A stretch of 64,000 bases of DNA, from assembly GCF_018977255.1 (NCBI RefSeq), contig NW_024704745.1, positions 46,500,001 through 46,564,000 on the forward strand. The letters are read 5' to 3'. A program made the translations under genes and the position numbers. Of the stretch, positions 13,595 through 25,499 are shown piece by piece. The DNA is from Callorhinchus milii. Taxonomy: Eukaryota. The first letter of the stretch is position 1. Each line of letters begins with the position of its first letter. Below the pieces are notes generated by a model. It worked only from the letters and a program-made list of their open reading frames with translations. It was not told where the DNA came from and searched no databases.

Positions 13595-16593
13595 GATCTT
13601 TCACCCTTCTGTCAACCGCTCCCTCCACATTGGACTACAAAACGTCCGCTCCCTCTGTAATAAGGCTTTGGTCATCAACGATCTCATCCTTGATGAGAGG
13701 TTGACATCATGGCCTTAACTAAAACCTGGCTCACCCCAAGCGACACCTTCCCTCTCACGGAGGCCACACCACCACCCGGCTACACCTCCCACCACCTCCC
13801 TCGCCCCAACCGCCGTGGCAGTCGTGTAGCCCTTATCTCAAGGACACCACTTGCCCTATCCCCCTACTCCTCTGGCTTTTTCCCCTCTTTTGAGAACCTC
13901 ACCTTCTCCCACCCCTCCCATCTCTCACTCAAAATCCTCCTTCTCTACCAGTCCCCTTAAATCTCCCCCACCTTCATCTCCGACATCTCTACCCTCCTAA
14001 CATCTCTCTGCCTCTGCTCTGATCATCTCATCATCCTGGGCAACTTCAACCTGCACTTCACCCCCTCCTGCTCCACCTCCTCGGACTTCTCCTCCCTCCT
14101 CTCCTCGCTCAATCTCTCCCTCCACATCAACTCCACCACTCACATTCACGGCCACCCACTCGATTTGGTGATCACCCGGGGCCTCAGTGTCTCGGATATC
14201 ACTATTACCGACAAGGCCGTCTCCGATCACCACTTCATCTCCTTCACCACCTCCACCCCCCTCCCTACCTCCACCAGACCTACCACCATCTTCTACTGCC
14301 CCTGGAAGAAGTTACCCCCACAATCCCTAACCGCTGCCTTGGAGTCCTCTGAACTCCTTTCCCTCTGGCCTTCAACCCTCACGGACCCCTCTTCTGCTCT
14401 CACCCTCCTCCACAATACCCTCTCCTCCACACTCGACACTCTTGCCCCCATTACCTCCCATACTGTCTCTTACTCTCACTCCTCCCCCGATTCACCACCC
14501 ACCTCCGCTCACTGAAGAGCCAGGTGCGGGCCGCTGAACACACCTGCCTCAAATCTGGCCTAACGGTCCACCGGCAAATCTGGCTGGACCTCCTCAAAAT
14601 CTATCGCTCTACTCTAGCCTCGGCCAAGTCGTTCTTCTACTCCAGGATAATCCTGGAGGTGAAGAACAACCCCAGGCTACTGTTCTCTACCACATCCCGA
14701 CTCCTCTGTCCCCCCCGCCACCCCGCGCAGGTCATCTCCTCCAACCTTCACTGCGAGGAGATGCTGGATTTCCTTGAATCCAAAATCAAGGGAATCCGCT
14801 CCGCGGTCACTGCCCCTCCAACTTCCACCCACCCCCCACCCCTTCCCTCCCACACTCCGACTTCTACCATCCTCCCCTACTCTCCTTTGAACCCGTTTCC
14901 CCACCCTCTGTCACCTACCTTATCCTGTCCTTGAAACCCACCACCTGCTCCCTGGACCCCATCCCCACTCCACTCCTTATCTCCCAGCTTCACCTCCTTG
15001 CCCCACTTCTCACATACACCATTAACCTGTCCCTCTCCTCTGGCTCTGTTTCCATTCCCCTCAAAACTGCCACCATCACTCCCACACTGAAAAAACCCTC
15101 CCTTGATGCGTCGCAGCTATCAAGCTACCGGCCCATCTCCAACCTCCCCTTCCTGTCCAAGGTCCTTGAAAGAGTTGTCGCCTCCCAGCTGCGCTCTTTC
15201 CTCTCCACCCATTCACTATTTGAACCTCTCCAGTCGGGTTTCCGTGCTGCCCATAGCACGGAAACCGCCCTGGTCAAGGTCACTAATGACATCTTGACCA
15301 TCTGTGACCAGGGCTCCCTCTGCCTCCTCGTCCTCCTCAACCTATCGACCGCATTCGATACAGTCGACCACTTAATCGTCCTCCACCGCTTGTCCTCCCA
15401 CCTCAACCTTCAAGGCCCTGTCCTTGAGTGGTTTAGGTCCTACCTCTCCCACTGTCTTCATTTTGTCTCCACTAATGGCTTTTCCACCACCCTCCGCACT
15501 GTCTCGTGCGGCGTCCCTCAGGGCTCTGTCCTCGGTCCCCTCCTCTTCACCCTCTATATGCTCCCCCTTGGTGACATCATCCGCAGACACGGGGTTAACT
15601 TCCACATGTATGCGAATGACACCCAACTCTACCTTTCCTCCTCTACCCTCAACTCGACGACCACCGATGTCCTGACAGCCTGCCTGTCCGACATCGAGTC
15701 CTGGACAAGAGACAACTTTCTTCAGCTCAACGTGCGTAAAACTGAGGCCCTCCTGATTGGCTCACGTCAGCGCCTCCGCACCTCAGGCGCTGACAGCATC
15801 AGCATCCAAGGCTGCACTCTCCACCTCTCAAAGCCAGTCAGGAACCTCGGGGTTCTGTTCGACCCTGAGCTGTCCTTTCTTCCCCACATCCGCGCCACAA
15901 CTGGCACCGCCTTCCATCACCTCCAGAATATCGCCTGACTACGGCACTACCTCACCCCTCACGCTGCTGAAACACTGGTCCACGCCTTTATCACCTCAAG
16001 GCTGGACTATGGGAACTCTCTCCTCGCCGGCCTTCCCGGCACCTCCCTCCACAAGCTGCAGGTCATTCAGAACTCTGCAGCTCGTGTACTGTCCCGCACC
16101 AGGCTTCGGGACCACATCACTCCCACCCTCGCTCGCCTCCACTGGCTCCCCATCCCCCAGAGGATCGAATTCAAGATCCTCATCCTCACCTACAAGGCCA
16201 TTCACGGCCTTGCTCCCTCCTACCTCTCCGACCTACTGTCCCGCTACTTACCTGCCCGTACCCTCCATTCCTCTGGCTCCAGTCTGCTCCACACCCCCCG
16301 CCCTACCATCGGTGGCCGGGCCTTCAGCCTCTCAGCCCCGAGGCTCTGGAACTCCATCCCCCAGTCCCTTTGCCTTGCCTCCTCCCTTTCCTCCTTCAAG
16401 GCCGGTCTCAAGACCTTTCTCTTCAACCGTGCCTTCAGCTCCCCTCTCGACTCTCTACCCCCTCCTCGCTCCCTCCCTTCCCTCACCCTGACCATTTCCC
16501 CCCTGCTCGGGACCCGACCCAACTGTCCAGTGCCTTGGGACGTCCTCCCGACGTGAAAGGCGCTCTATAAATGCAATCTTGTTGTTGTTGTTG
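13595..16593 (+). mobile_element. L2-clade LINE, near-complete ORF2 (APE + RT), disrupted
   Basis: APE QNVRSL..TWL..HIHGHPLDLVI..SDH; [32 protein letters not shown]; frameshifts and stops; 3' stem-loop plus (TTG)n. Confidence 0.95.
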
Positions 16594-17707
16594 TAGAGAT
16601 CACAACTTCTGTTTCTTATCACCTTTGATAGAGTTCCAGTGCCTCAAAGCTGTGAAATATTTTCTTCCAATATCCTGGCCAACAATCTTCCAGATTAATT
16701 TTCTGGAATATTTGGTCATTCACTTCATGGCTGTTTGTGGGAACTTGCTGTGATTTATGTATCACAAAAATGTGAATAGAATGTGTTCAGAAATAAACCA
16801 TGTGACCTATGGGTTAGCTCTTACAAACATCTGTAGAACTGTAACAGTGTTATACTAATGGGATGACATAAACTAATATAAGCATTTGAATGTAGCAAAA
16901 GAGGATATTGGCTAAATATTTCCATTCTTCATGTGAACGGTCCAGCCGTGTTCAATCCCAAATCCATCATTAAATCCAGTTTCAAACACATTTCGACTCT
17001 TTGGGGGGAAAAGGACAGGCGAAACTTTTAGACTGGAAGGAAAGAAAAAAGAAACAATTCTATGTATGTTTGTTTGTACACCCAAATATATATTGTGATG
17101 TTAAACAAGTAAGAATAAACATTTTTAAATCAATTTCTTCAAGATTCCCATCCTTTTTGATACTAACAGCTGTGTAATATTGTATAATTGATGGCTTTTT
17201 CCCTCTTAAAGCCTAATATTTTATCACAACCAGTCTGTGAAGTGGTTTCTTACCATACATTTCAACTGTATGGTATTTGTGTCATCAGCACATCAATTTT
17301 GAACTCTTAACACTCATAACATAAAACATCAACTCAGTTCTACCTTTTTTCATTTAATATTAAATATATGGTTAGTTCAGAAACTCCAGATATATTTTGA
17401 TTAAGTTTTTTTTTAACTTTTTTTCATTTTCTAAATATCATACATAAAAAATTAAAAACACCACATATGGGTAGGAAAGACTCAGTTTTGATACTGGGGT
17501 TCTATGCACTCAGTGGTAAGTAGCTGCTAATCATACCAAAAGTGAATCAATATATAAAAGCAAGCAACAACAAAAATGTTTCCTGCTCTTTTATTTGTTT
17601 TCTCTTTTTTACAGTTTTACCCTTGTTTGTAATTAACTTTCCTTTTGAACTGCTTTTGTGTTTTTTCTCTTTATAGTACTCATCATACTTTTATGCTATA
17701 TTAGAGT

Positions 17708-17769
17708 TATATATATACAATATATATATACACAATATATATAATATATAATATATATGTGTGTGTGTA
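17708..17769. repeat. Degenerate (TA)n/(GT)n microsatellite
   Basis: Direct reading; another (TA)n at ~58969-58994. Confidence 0.9.
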
Positions 17770-18439
17770 TCAGTTGGTATCCTGTGAAGCAACGCTCAAA
17801 TGCTGCCTCTAGAATTTAAAAAATAAACTTGTTCAGGCTTTTTCCTATGACATTTATTTTCAATAAGATCAATCTATTCTGCAGAAGTCAGGGGTGTTTA
17901 GTTCTTGCAGCAATCCTAGGAATAGATAGAAATAAATGTTTCAGAACAGATTCCCTCTTTGGTATTTTTCGTGAATCCACACTGTAGATAGTCTCCATAA
18001 TTCATATCCCTTCTATAGTTCAACACCCAAAAACACAAATAATTTTCAAGGTGTACCCTAGGCAATATCTTATAAAAATATCTTACTCAAAACTTCTTTA
18101 CTTTTGAATTCAATAATTCAATATAAAAATCAGAATCCTGTTGCCCTTTAACTGCCTTTTCTACCTTTTAATGATCCTCTGTACTACACATCCATCTGTT
18201 CCTCCATTACATTCAGAATTGTACCACTTTGAGTTTATTTCCATTTTCTAATCTTCCTTCCCAAATGTACAGCTTCACATTTTTCTGTATTTACTATATA
18301 CACAAGTTCTATGCAGTTAGAGAATGTGTTAACAACTATCAACATGTTCAGGCAGAGGATACTGTATGTATACCAAATTGGTCCTGGAATATCAAATATG
18401 TGAAGTATTAAATTTGACGTGAAAAGCAAATTATAATAA

Positions 18440-18900
18440 TAAAAATAATAATCCTTGCATTTGATATAATTATGTATTCGAGACATCTCAATGTGCTTCA
18501 CAGAATACACCGTAAAGTGAATTGACTGTGTATTTTGTGGGCAAATTGCGGCAGCAAATTGCGCACAGCAGTGATCCACAAAAAACATTTGTGGATTGAG
18601 TAACCAAATAATTATTATTTTTAAAGAATTGACTGTATATTTTGTGGGCAAATTGCAGCAGCCAATTGCACACAGCAATGACCCACAAAAAAAATCGTGG
18701 ATTGAGTAACCAAATAATTATTAGTTTTGAAGAGATTATTACCCCCGGAAAAATGATCCGCCAATCGATTAACAACCGGGTTCCTACTTATTGCCAAGTA
18801 AACAGAGGCTGGTGAAGTAAAGAAACTTTCCCAGTGTTTCGCCCTGCCCGGGAATCAAACCCGGGTCCTCTAGCTTTCAAGTATGCTAACCACTAAGCTA
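18440..18900 (-). mobile_element. Long-form DeuSINE with internal tandem duplication of the core
   Basis: 18519-18616 repeated at 18627-18722. Confidence 0.8.
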
Positions 18901-19619
18901 AATTATTTACCAATATGTGGGCCCAGGTTTCTGATCAAATCCATTTAGAGTAGAAAACTACCTGAGGTAGGGAAGGTGCTGAAAATTCCAGCTCAGAACA
19001 AAGCCACTGTTTAACCACACAAGAAGGAATGAGTAAAGGTAGACTGACTATATTGCTATCGCTTTTGTTTTATGCTCTGATCATGATATCAACATCAATT
19101 TCTGCAAAATAAAGATGTGCTCTAAACCACAATTTGTCTGCTGATTTGTGCAAAGACAAGAGACTTCTTAATCATGCATGATAAATAGTCTAAAATAGTG
19201 TGCAAGTCGATCTAGATTAGTGACAAGAGATAATGACAATTGAAATTAAACATTTGAATTTATTTTGCACTTCACTTCTTTTAACAACACTATCAATCAT
19301 TGCAACTTTGCAACTGTTTTCAGGATTTACCAGCAGAGTTGCATTTCGCTGGCAGAGATGTTAAATTTTACAGAAGAAAATAAGGGTCACCATTCTTTTA
19401 TCCCTAAGCCCTAATAAACAAAACTAGAATCAGTTTTTTTTCAATTATGATTCCCCAGCTACTCAGCCCCTATGTTGGTTGCAATCAGGTCAGATACACT
19501 CAAACAGTCCCAAAATATACAATGTCACACTTCACACTTCTCTGCATTGATATGCACAATAGTTCTTAGTAGTTAGAGGATGTGTTAACTGTCAGAAGTA
19601 TCAACATGTTAACACTTTA

Positions 19620-20005
19620 GTAGAGTCCTGTAGCATAGTGGTTAGAACACTCACCCTGCAAAAGAGATGACCTGGGTTCAACTTCCGAGCAGGACAAAAC
19701 CTTGGGCAAGTTTTCTTTTTCCACACTCTTCTGTTTACTTAGCAGTAAGTAGGAATCCAGTTGTTAGACAATTGGCAGATTGTTTTCTGGAGGTAATAAT
19801 CCCTTTAAAAATAATAATAATAATTTGGGTATCACACAATCCAAGACTATTTGTGGGACAATGTTGTGTGCAATTGGCTGCAGCGTTTTGCCCACAAAAT
19901 ATAGTCAATTCACTTTACAGTGTATACAGTATATTCTGTGAAGTGCTTTGGGATGTTTCGATGACTTGATAATGTGCTGTATCAAATATAAGAATTATTA
20001 TTATT
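19620..20005 (+). mobile_element. Long-form DeuSINE
   Basis: Head, core and (TTA)n. Confidence 0.85.
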
Positions 20006-20334
20006 TAGTAAAGTGGTCCTGGAGATTAAAAACTTGAAGGTTCCAGGATGCTCACAAAAGTATTTTTTTTTAGTTATTTTAAATTTTAGCGACAAGTATG
20101 CCTTACTGGTTGACTTTGTGTATTTTATCAAGGTGCAGTTGAAATAAGTATATGGTAAAGACACACAGCACAGAATTTGAAAGGGTTATTATTGCTTGTT
20201 TGAAACAACCAACCATGGGTATTATTGCACCAGCAACACGAAATACAACTGCGGGAAGTTGCCAGTCACCCCGATTTGAACGAGGCTTCTCATTATCTCA
20301 CACTAATTTATCATTTCCATTCTTATTTCCACAG

Positions 20335-20390
20335 CCCGGTTCGGCATTTCCTCTCTTTCCTTCCGCTCACCGTGTCATAGTTAAGCAGAG
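20335..20390 (+). other. Candidate 5' UTR exon of the IgV gene
   Basis: Branch-point-like cactaat (20301), pyrimidine tract, cag| at 20334 and donor gag|gtgaga at 20391. The following intron would be very short, so this is uncertain. Confidence 0.3.
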
Positions 20391-20481
20391 GTGAGACCCA
20401 GTTACGCCACAGATGTTTATGCAACGATCCGTGTTTCCTCCCAAAAGCAGCAGCGAGTGTGTGTGTGTGCATCGACTCCGA

Positions 20482-20527
20482 ATGACCTGGTCCCTGTTGG
20501 CTGTGGTGTGCACCTATGGGTTGTCAG
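20482..20527 (+). CDS. IgV gene signal-peptide exon
   Basis: ATG at 20482, hydrophobic leader, donor G|gtacag, 46 nt (phase 1). Confidence 0.75.
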
Positions 20528-21044
20528 GTACAGAAATCCACAAGGCTCTGGAGGCACATGGATTCCCTTGTTGGTGACTTTTTCATTCAGCAAAGTAAGT
20601 TAAAAATAACCTCTGGCTGATCTCCCCCCCCCCCTCCAGGTGTGTTGGCGGCAGCTCAAGTCAACCCCAAACTGGTCATCAACGTTACTGTCGGTGAGAA
20701 CCTCTTCCTCCCAATCCCATCCGCAGCCGAAGCTGAGACCACACAGACTGTGGAGTGGAACCACAGCCGCTCCTCTGGGCTGCGATCGATTGCAAAGGTA
20801 TACCCCCGCGGGAATAATCCCACCAAACGCTTTGGCGATTACTTGAGCCGCGTTGACCTGCAACCCGATGGCTCTCTCCGGCTGCTCAGCGCCAGGCTGA
20901 GTGATGCGGGAGAGTATTCCTGTGTCACCACCGATCAGAGCGGCCAAGAGCTCACCCGGAGCTTCACAGTCTACGTGTCTGGTAAGTGCGAGTGCAGCCG
21001 CAATCCCCCCCCCCCCCCCCGTCACCGGAACATAACCCGCAGTG

Positions 21045-21090
<46 letters not shown>

Positions 21091-21862
21091 CAGAACTATC
21101 TCCCTCAACGAGAAACGCAGCTTCGAAAACTTTTTTTTTTAACCCCCCCCCCTCCCTCCAAAAAAAAACACAAGAGCACAAAGTTATCCAATCTGCCAGT
21201 AATTTGCAAAACATTTGTGAAATGCTCTCACCTGCGATTATAACCGCACTGCGCTGCGCTGCGCTGCAGAGGTGTAACATTGTAGGGTTATTAATTATTA
21301 TGAATTACACTTTTAAGTTGTTTTCCACACACACAGTGACGGGGTTTGCCGGGTGGCCGGTGACTGATGCTGGAGGCTCTGACCTTTCTGTCCTCGTCCC
21401 CCCAAGTGAGACAAATGGTAAGAATGACTGACCTCCTGCAACATGTTTCCAGTCTGACGTTTGCATTGCTAGTGTGTGGGAGAAGAGAAGAGCGGAGGGT
21501 TCAACTCTTTCCAAGCACACACCGGTTGAAGCAATGTATGTTTGAGGGCTCTGTCTTACATTGCAATGAATTGATGCGCCCTTTTCACATTCTAAAGGAA
21601 CATTAACCCGGTCCGTTAATTTCAGGTGATGTTGCATTTTGACATGTTGCTGTACTGGTAACTTGCCAAACAGACTTTGCTTATTTGATAAACACGACGG
21701 GACATTTATTCTCAGCGGAAATCTTTCATTTTCCAGGTTGTCCCGTGGTAACTCGAGTTGATGTCGCTGCATTCAGTGCAGCCGCTGCAGCGCTGCTTGT
21801 GATGTTCGCCATCATCGTTTGGGTCGTTGTGAGATGCCGCAGGAGCAGATCAACCGGTGGAG
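20482..21862 (+). CDS. Single-IgV type I membrane protein, VSTM5/CD2-family-like (exons 20482-20527, 20640-20981, 21737-21862; cytoplasmic exon unresolved)
   Basis: Three exons with GT-AG ends, all phase 1. They encode a signal peptide MTWSLLAVVCTYGLSG, an IgV domain (INVTVGENLFLP..VEW..RVDLQPDGSLRL..DAGEYSC..FTVYVS, lacking the B-strand Cys), and a stalk plus TM (GCPVVTRVDVAAFSAAAAALLVMFAIIVWVVVRCRRSR). Resemblance to VSTM5 is from recalled sequence, not a search. Confidence 0.85.
20640..20981 (+). CDS. IgV gene V-domain exon
   Basis: Acceptor cccctccag|, donor G|gtaagt, 342 nt open frame, Ig V-set motifs. Confidence 0.9.
21005..21090. repeat. C16 tract and (AAT)15 microsatellite in IgV-gene intron 2
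   Basis: C run 21005-21020; AAT x15 at 21046-21090. Confidence 0.95.
21737..21862 (+). CDS. IgV gene stalk/transmembrane exon
   Basis: Acceptor ttttccag|, donor G|gtgagt, 126 nt, hydrophobic run followed by RCRRSR. Confidence 0.85.
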
Positions 21863-21954
21863 GTGAGTGGAGACTGAGAAAACTTACTAAAATATAGAAC
21901 AGAAGACATTTAGATTCCATAGGAAAGGGACCTGGAAAACTTGTCACTGGAAAG

Positions 21955-22258
21955 GGAGTCCTGTGGCTCAGTGGTTAGAGCACTCGCCTCGCAAGCGAGA
22001 GACCTGGGTTCAGTTCCTGGCAGGGGGTGAGCTGTTGAGCAAGTTTCCTTATCCCACACACCTATGTTTACCTGAGCAGTAAGTAGGAACCCAATTGTCA
22101 ACACACCACTGTTTGTGGGACACTGATGTGTGCAATTGGCTGCCCCATTTCATCCACAAAATACAGTCAATTGACTTTACAGTATATTCAGTGAAGTGCT
22201 TTAAGACGTCTCAAATATGTGATAAGGCGCTATATCAAATGCAAGGATTATTATTAGT
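21955..22258 (+). mobile_element. DeuSINE with internal deletion
   Basis: Head with CGC anticodon, core and older tail. Confidence 0.85.
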
Positions 22259-23048
22259 ATAATTCCACCCAGTCAGACTAGAAAGATCTTGTTAAAAAAA
22301 TTAAGACAATATATTTTATTTGTGTATTTTGTTTCAATTCAGTCTCAATTTTAAAGCTGTTTCTTTGCAAGAAGTGAGGAAAACCAGCTTGCAAATTGTT
22401 ACTTAAGAAATTATTAAGAATTTTAAATTATTAAGAATTTTCTTAATATTTCATTACAAGTGTGTGGGAGAAGAGTGAAGGGTTCAACTCTTTTTAAGCA
22501 CAAGACAGTTGAAGCAATGTATATTTGAGGGCTCTCTCTTACATTGCAATGAATTCATGTGCCTTTTTCACATTCTAAAAGAACATTAACCCGGTCAGTT
22601 AATTTCAGGTAATATTGCAAAATTCTTAATAAAATTCTTAATTAATTAATTTAATAAATTATTATTAATAATAATTAATAAATAATAATAATACATTATT
22701 ATTAAATTATTAAGAATTTTCCACAAATCTGAGGCATCTTACATTTTATGACATGCTCTAACAGAATAAGACTAGATGAGATTTCACCTAACCTTATCCC
22801 ATTTATTATTTTTGTTTTGTAGAACGTGTGAATTATGTATTGTTGAAAACATTTTACCAGCTGCGAATTCTAATTTTGCAGGATGAGTAGGATTTGTTTC
22901 TAGAGAAGATACTTCTGAAACATCTGTAAATGACTTGTAAAGTAACCTATTGAGCAAGGCAGGCAACATAACTCAAATATTACAAGCGCAAGAAACTAAG
23001 ATGACTATAACTCAAATTATTTATTTCCTATAAAAGGTTGGTTCTCAC

Positions 23049-23309
23049 CAGGGGCAGACTGACTACTGCCCAAAAGGGCTTGGGATTGTCAGGAAAATGG
23101 GGTTGCTTATTCGTTGGGCGGGGGGGGGGGGGGGGGGAATGCTGATTCAAGTGGGGTACCAAAAAGCATAAACCATTTGCACGTTTAAAAATTTTGTCAG
23201 GCTGAAATGGAACTTCCGAACTAGGCTGCACAGGATGGTTAGCATCGGGAGCCAATCACGGGGACACTCAGGAAATTTTCTGATTTTCCATATGCCCAGT
23301 CCGTCCCTT
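23049..23309. mobile_element. Old hAT-like MITE
   Basis: TIRs caggggcagactg / cagtccgtccctt (10 of 13), 8-bp flanks gttctcac / gttcacag (6 of 8), internal G18 tract. Confidence 0.5.
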
Positions 23310-24499
23310 GTTCACAGTGGTAAAACCATAATAATAATACTTCCATTTGATATAGTGCCTTATCAAGTCGTTAAGACAGCTCAAAGTGCTTCACGGTGAC
23401 TGTATTTTGTAGGCAAAATGCGGCACGCAATTGTGCACAGCAGTGTCCCACAAACAGTTGTGGATTGAGTAACTTTTTTAAACAATAACCTAAATAAAAT
23501 AGCACATAGATTTGCCAGATATGGACAACTGAACACCTTTCTCAAATGCTGATGTGGACATTCAACTTCCAGTCAACAGAAACACAGCTTCTTGTTCAAC
23601 AAATTACTTAGCAAAAAGTCTCGATTGTCAGCTGAATGTGCTATCTGGCTTATGGCTGTCGGCATTGAGAATGGTGTTAGGAGTCTGCCTCCGGCATATC
23701 AGGTTAATTCTTCTTGGGCACCTTATGAATTTCTAAATGGTAACCACACGTTAGACCTGCAATAACAAGGCAAACAAACCCTAGCTTACTGCTCCTTGAT
23801 GTAATGCTTACCACAGATATAGTTGACTCATAGATGATGAATACAAAATCACTTTACATTACCTGCAATGCAGTGGGTTTGATTGCGTGCAAAACAATCC
23901 AACCAAGGAGCTAACTCATACTGAGAGCACAAAATAACAGCACCTCTTTACTTCCTTACAAAATTGACAGTAATCAGGTTAGTGTAACGGTATCGAGGAA
24001 CAACTCGATAAAGCAGGCAAACGCAGATCCTTTAACGAGAAGCACAAACCAAACTACACAGGTCTGTACAATAGGACTGGCAAGGTGGGATAGTGATCTC
24101 GACATTGGCCATGACCCATGTTTTTATTTATTCAACCACACTCACATCAACAGTGGTGAGTTTTGCCTTTCGCTCTCTAATCTGCCTTAAACTGATTGCG
24201 GACTCAGCAAGTACTTCTTTTAAGTCAGGACGCATATTCTGTACTTATCTTCCCCCCACCCACCACCATCCCTACTTGGAGCAGGCTGTTGGACGCAATG
24301 AATTTTGTGTGGATCAGTAGCTTCTAGGGTCAGGAATCATCTCTGCTTATTGTAGTGAGTCACCAAATTCCCCTTGAAGGAAACCGGATTCTCATGATAC
24401 TATAGCTGATATTGGATACTTGGAAGCGATCTACTCCAGTTGGCAGCAAAAAGTGAACAGTAAGAAATTGGAGGAAGGAATAGCTGAGGCTTTCATATT

Positions 24500-24862
24500 A
24501 TGTGGAGTCCTGTAGTTCAGTGGTTAGAGCACTCGCCTCACAAGCGAGAGACCTGTTCAATTCCCAACAGGGGGAAAAGTTGGGCAAGTTTCCTTACTCC
24601 ACACACCTCTGTTTACCCAGCAGTAAGTAGGAACCCAGTTGTTAGTGGATTGGCAGATCACTTTTCCAGGGTAATAATTCCTTAAAAAAACTTGGTCACT
24701 TCAATCCACGACCGTTTGTGGAACACTGCTGTGTGCAATTGGCTGCCATGTTTCGCTCACAAAAAATATACAGTCAATTCAATTTACAGTATATTCTGTG
24801 AAGCGCTTTGAGACTTCTTGAAGATGTGATAAGGCACTATATCAAATGCAATGATTATTATT
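24500..24862 (+). mobile_element. Long-form DeuSINE
   Basis: Head, core and older tail. Confidence 0.85.
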
Positions 24863-25059
24863 ACCCTAGGCCCCTTCACTTCACCTGGCTTCACCTTAAG
24901 CAGAGCTATGATACATTCCTGATTGGCGAGCATATCTCTTTGTCTGACCCAAAGTGCATGGCATGGGTAGGGCTTTTGGACCAGCAGCCTGTTTAGGTCA
25001 AGTGCAACTTCCTTTTTTGCATTCAATTTGTCTGTGGTGTTTTCAGGATCTGCACTTTT

Positions 25060-25343
25060 CACATCTTCGGGACATCCCAAAGTGCTTCACAGAATATACT
25101 GTAAAGTGAATTGACTGTATGTTTGTGGGTGAAACGTGGCAGCCAATTGCGCACAGCAGTATCCCACAAACAATCGTGGATTGAGTGACCAAATTATTAT
25201 TATTCATTTTATATTTTTCTTGAGGGATTATTATCAGGTGTGTGGAGTAACAAAACTTGGCTAAGGTTTTGCCTTGCCGGGAATCAAACCCAGGTCTCTC
25301 GCTTGCGAGGCGAGTGCTCTAACCACTGAGCTACAGGACTCCA
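25060..25343 (-). mobile_element. DeuSINE
   Basis: Head at 25343, core, intermediate tail. Confidence 0.8.
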
Positions 25344-25499
25344 CAGGTTCTGAGATACAGCTCTGCCTGTCTCAGATAGCCGGGGCAAACTCTAAAGTCA
25401 GACCATTGTTTATTCGATGGAAAAAGTAAGATGTTTATGTCCAGCTGCCTCCATTTGCTCAGAAAATGTCCATTTGCCTCCATTTGCTGTTGGAGTCAG

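Larger units (their letters stand above)
21471..22619 (+). repeat. Direct repeat pair of ~165 bp (21471-21636 and 22459-22619) flanking the IgV-gene TM exon
   Basis: agtgtgtgggagaagag...cattaacccggtc.gttaatttcaggt...ttgca in both copies, roughly 85-90% identical by eye. Confidence 0.85.

Noticed and set aside
15607-15621. YADD changed to YAND or YVND in two L2 copies, suggesting an RT-dead subfamily or editing
   Set aside because: The copies belong to different subfamilies, two others retain YADD, and the sample is too small
15757-16522. Long Pro/Ser-rich or Gly/Arg-rich ORFs over L2 copies (also 34874-35389, 39180-40007, 2734-3369)
   Set aside because: Alternate frames of GC-skewed L2 sequence
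20600-21280. 226-aa minus-strand ORF with poly-Tyr, and the poly-Ile/poly-Asn extensions on +
   Set aside because: Products of the (AAT)15 microsatellite and the antisense frame of the V exon
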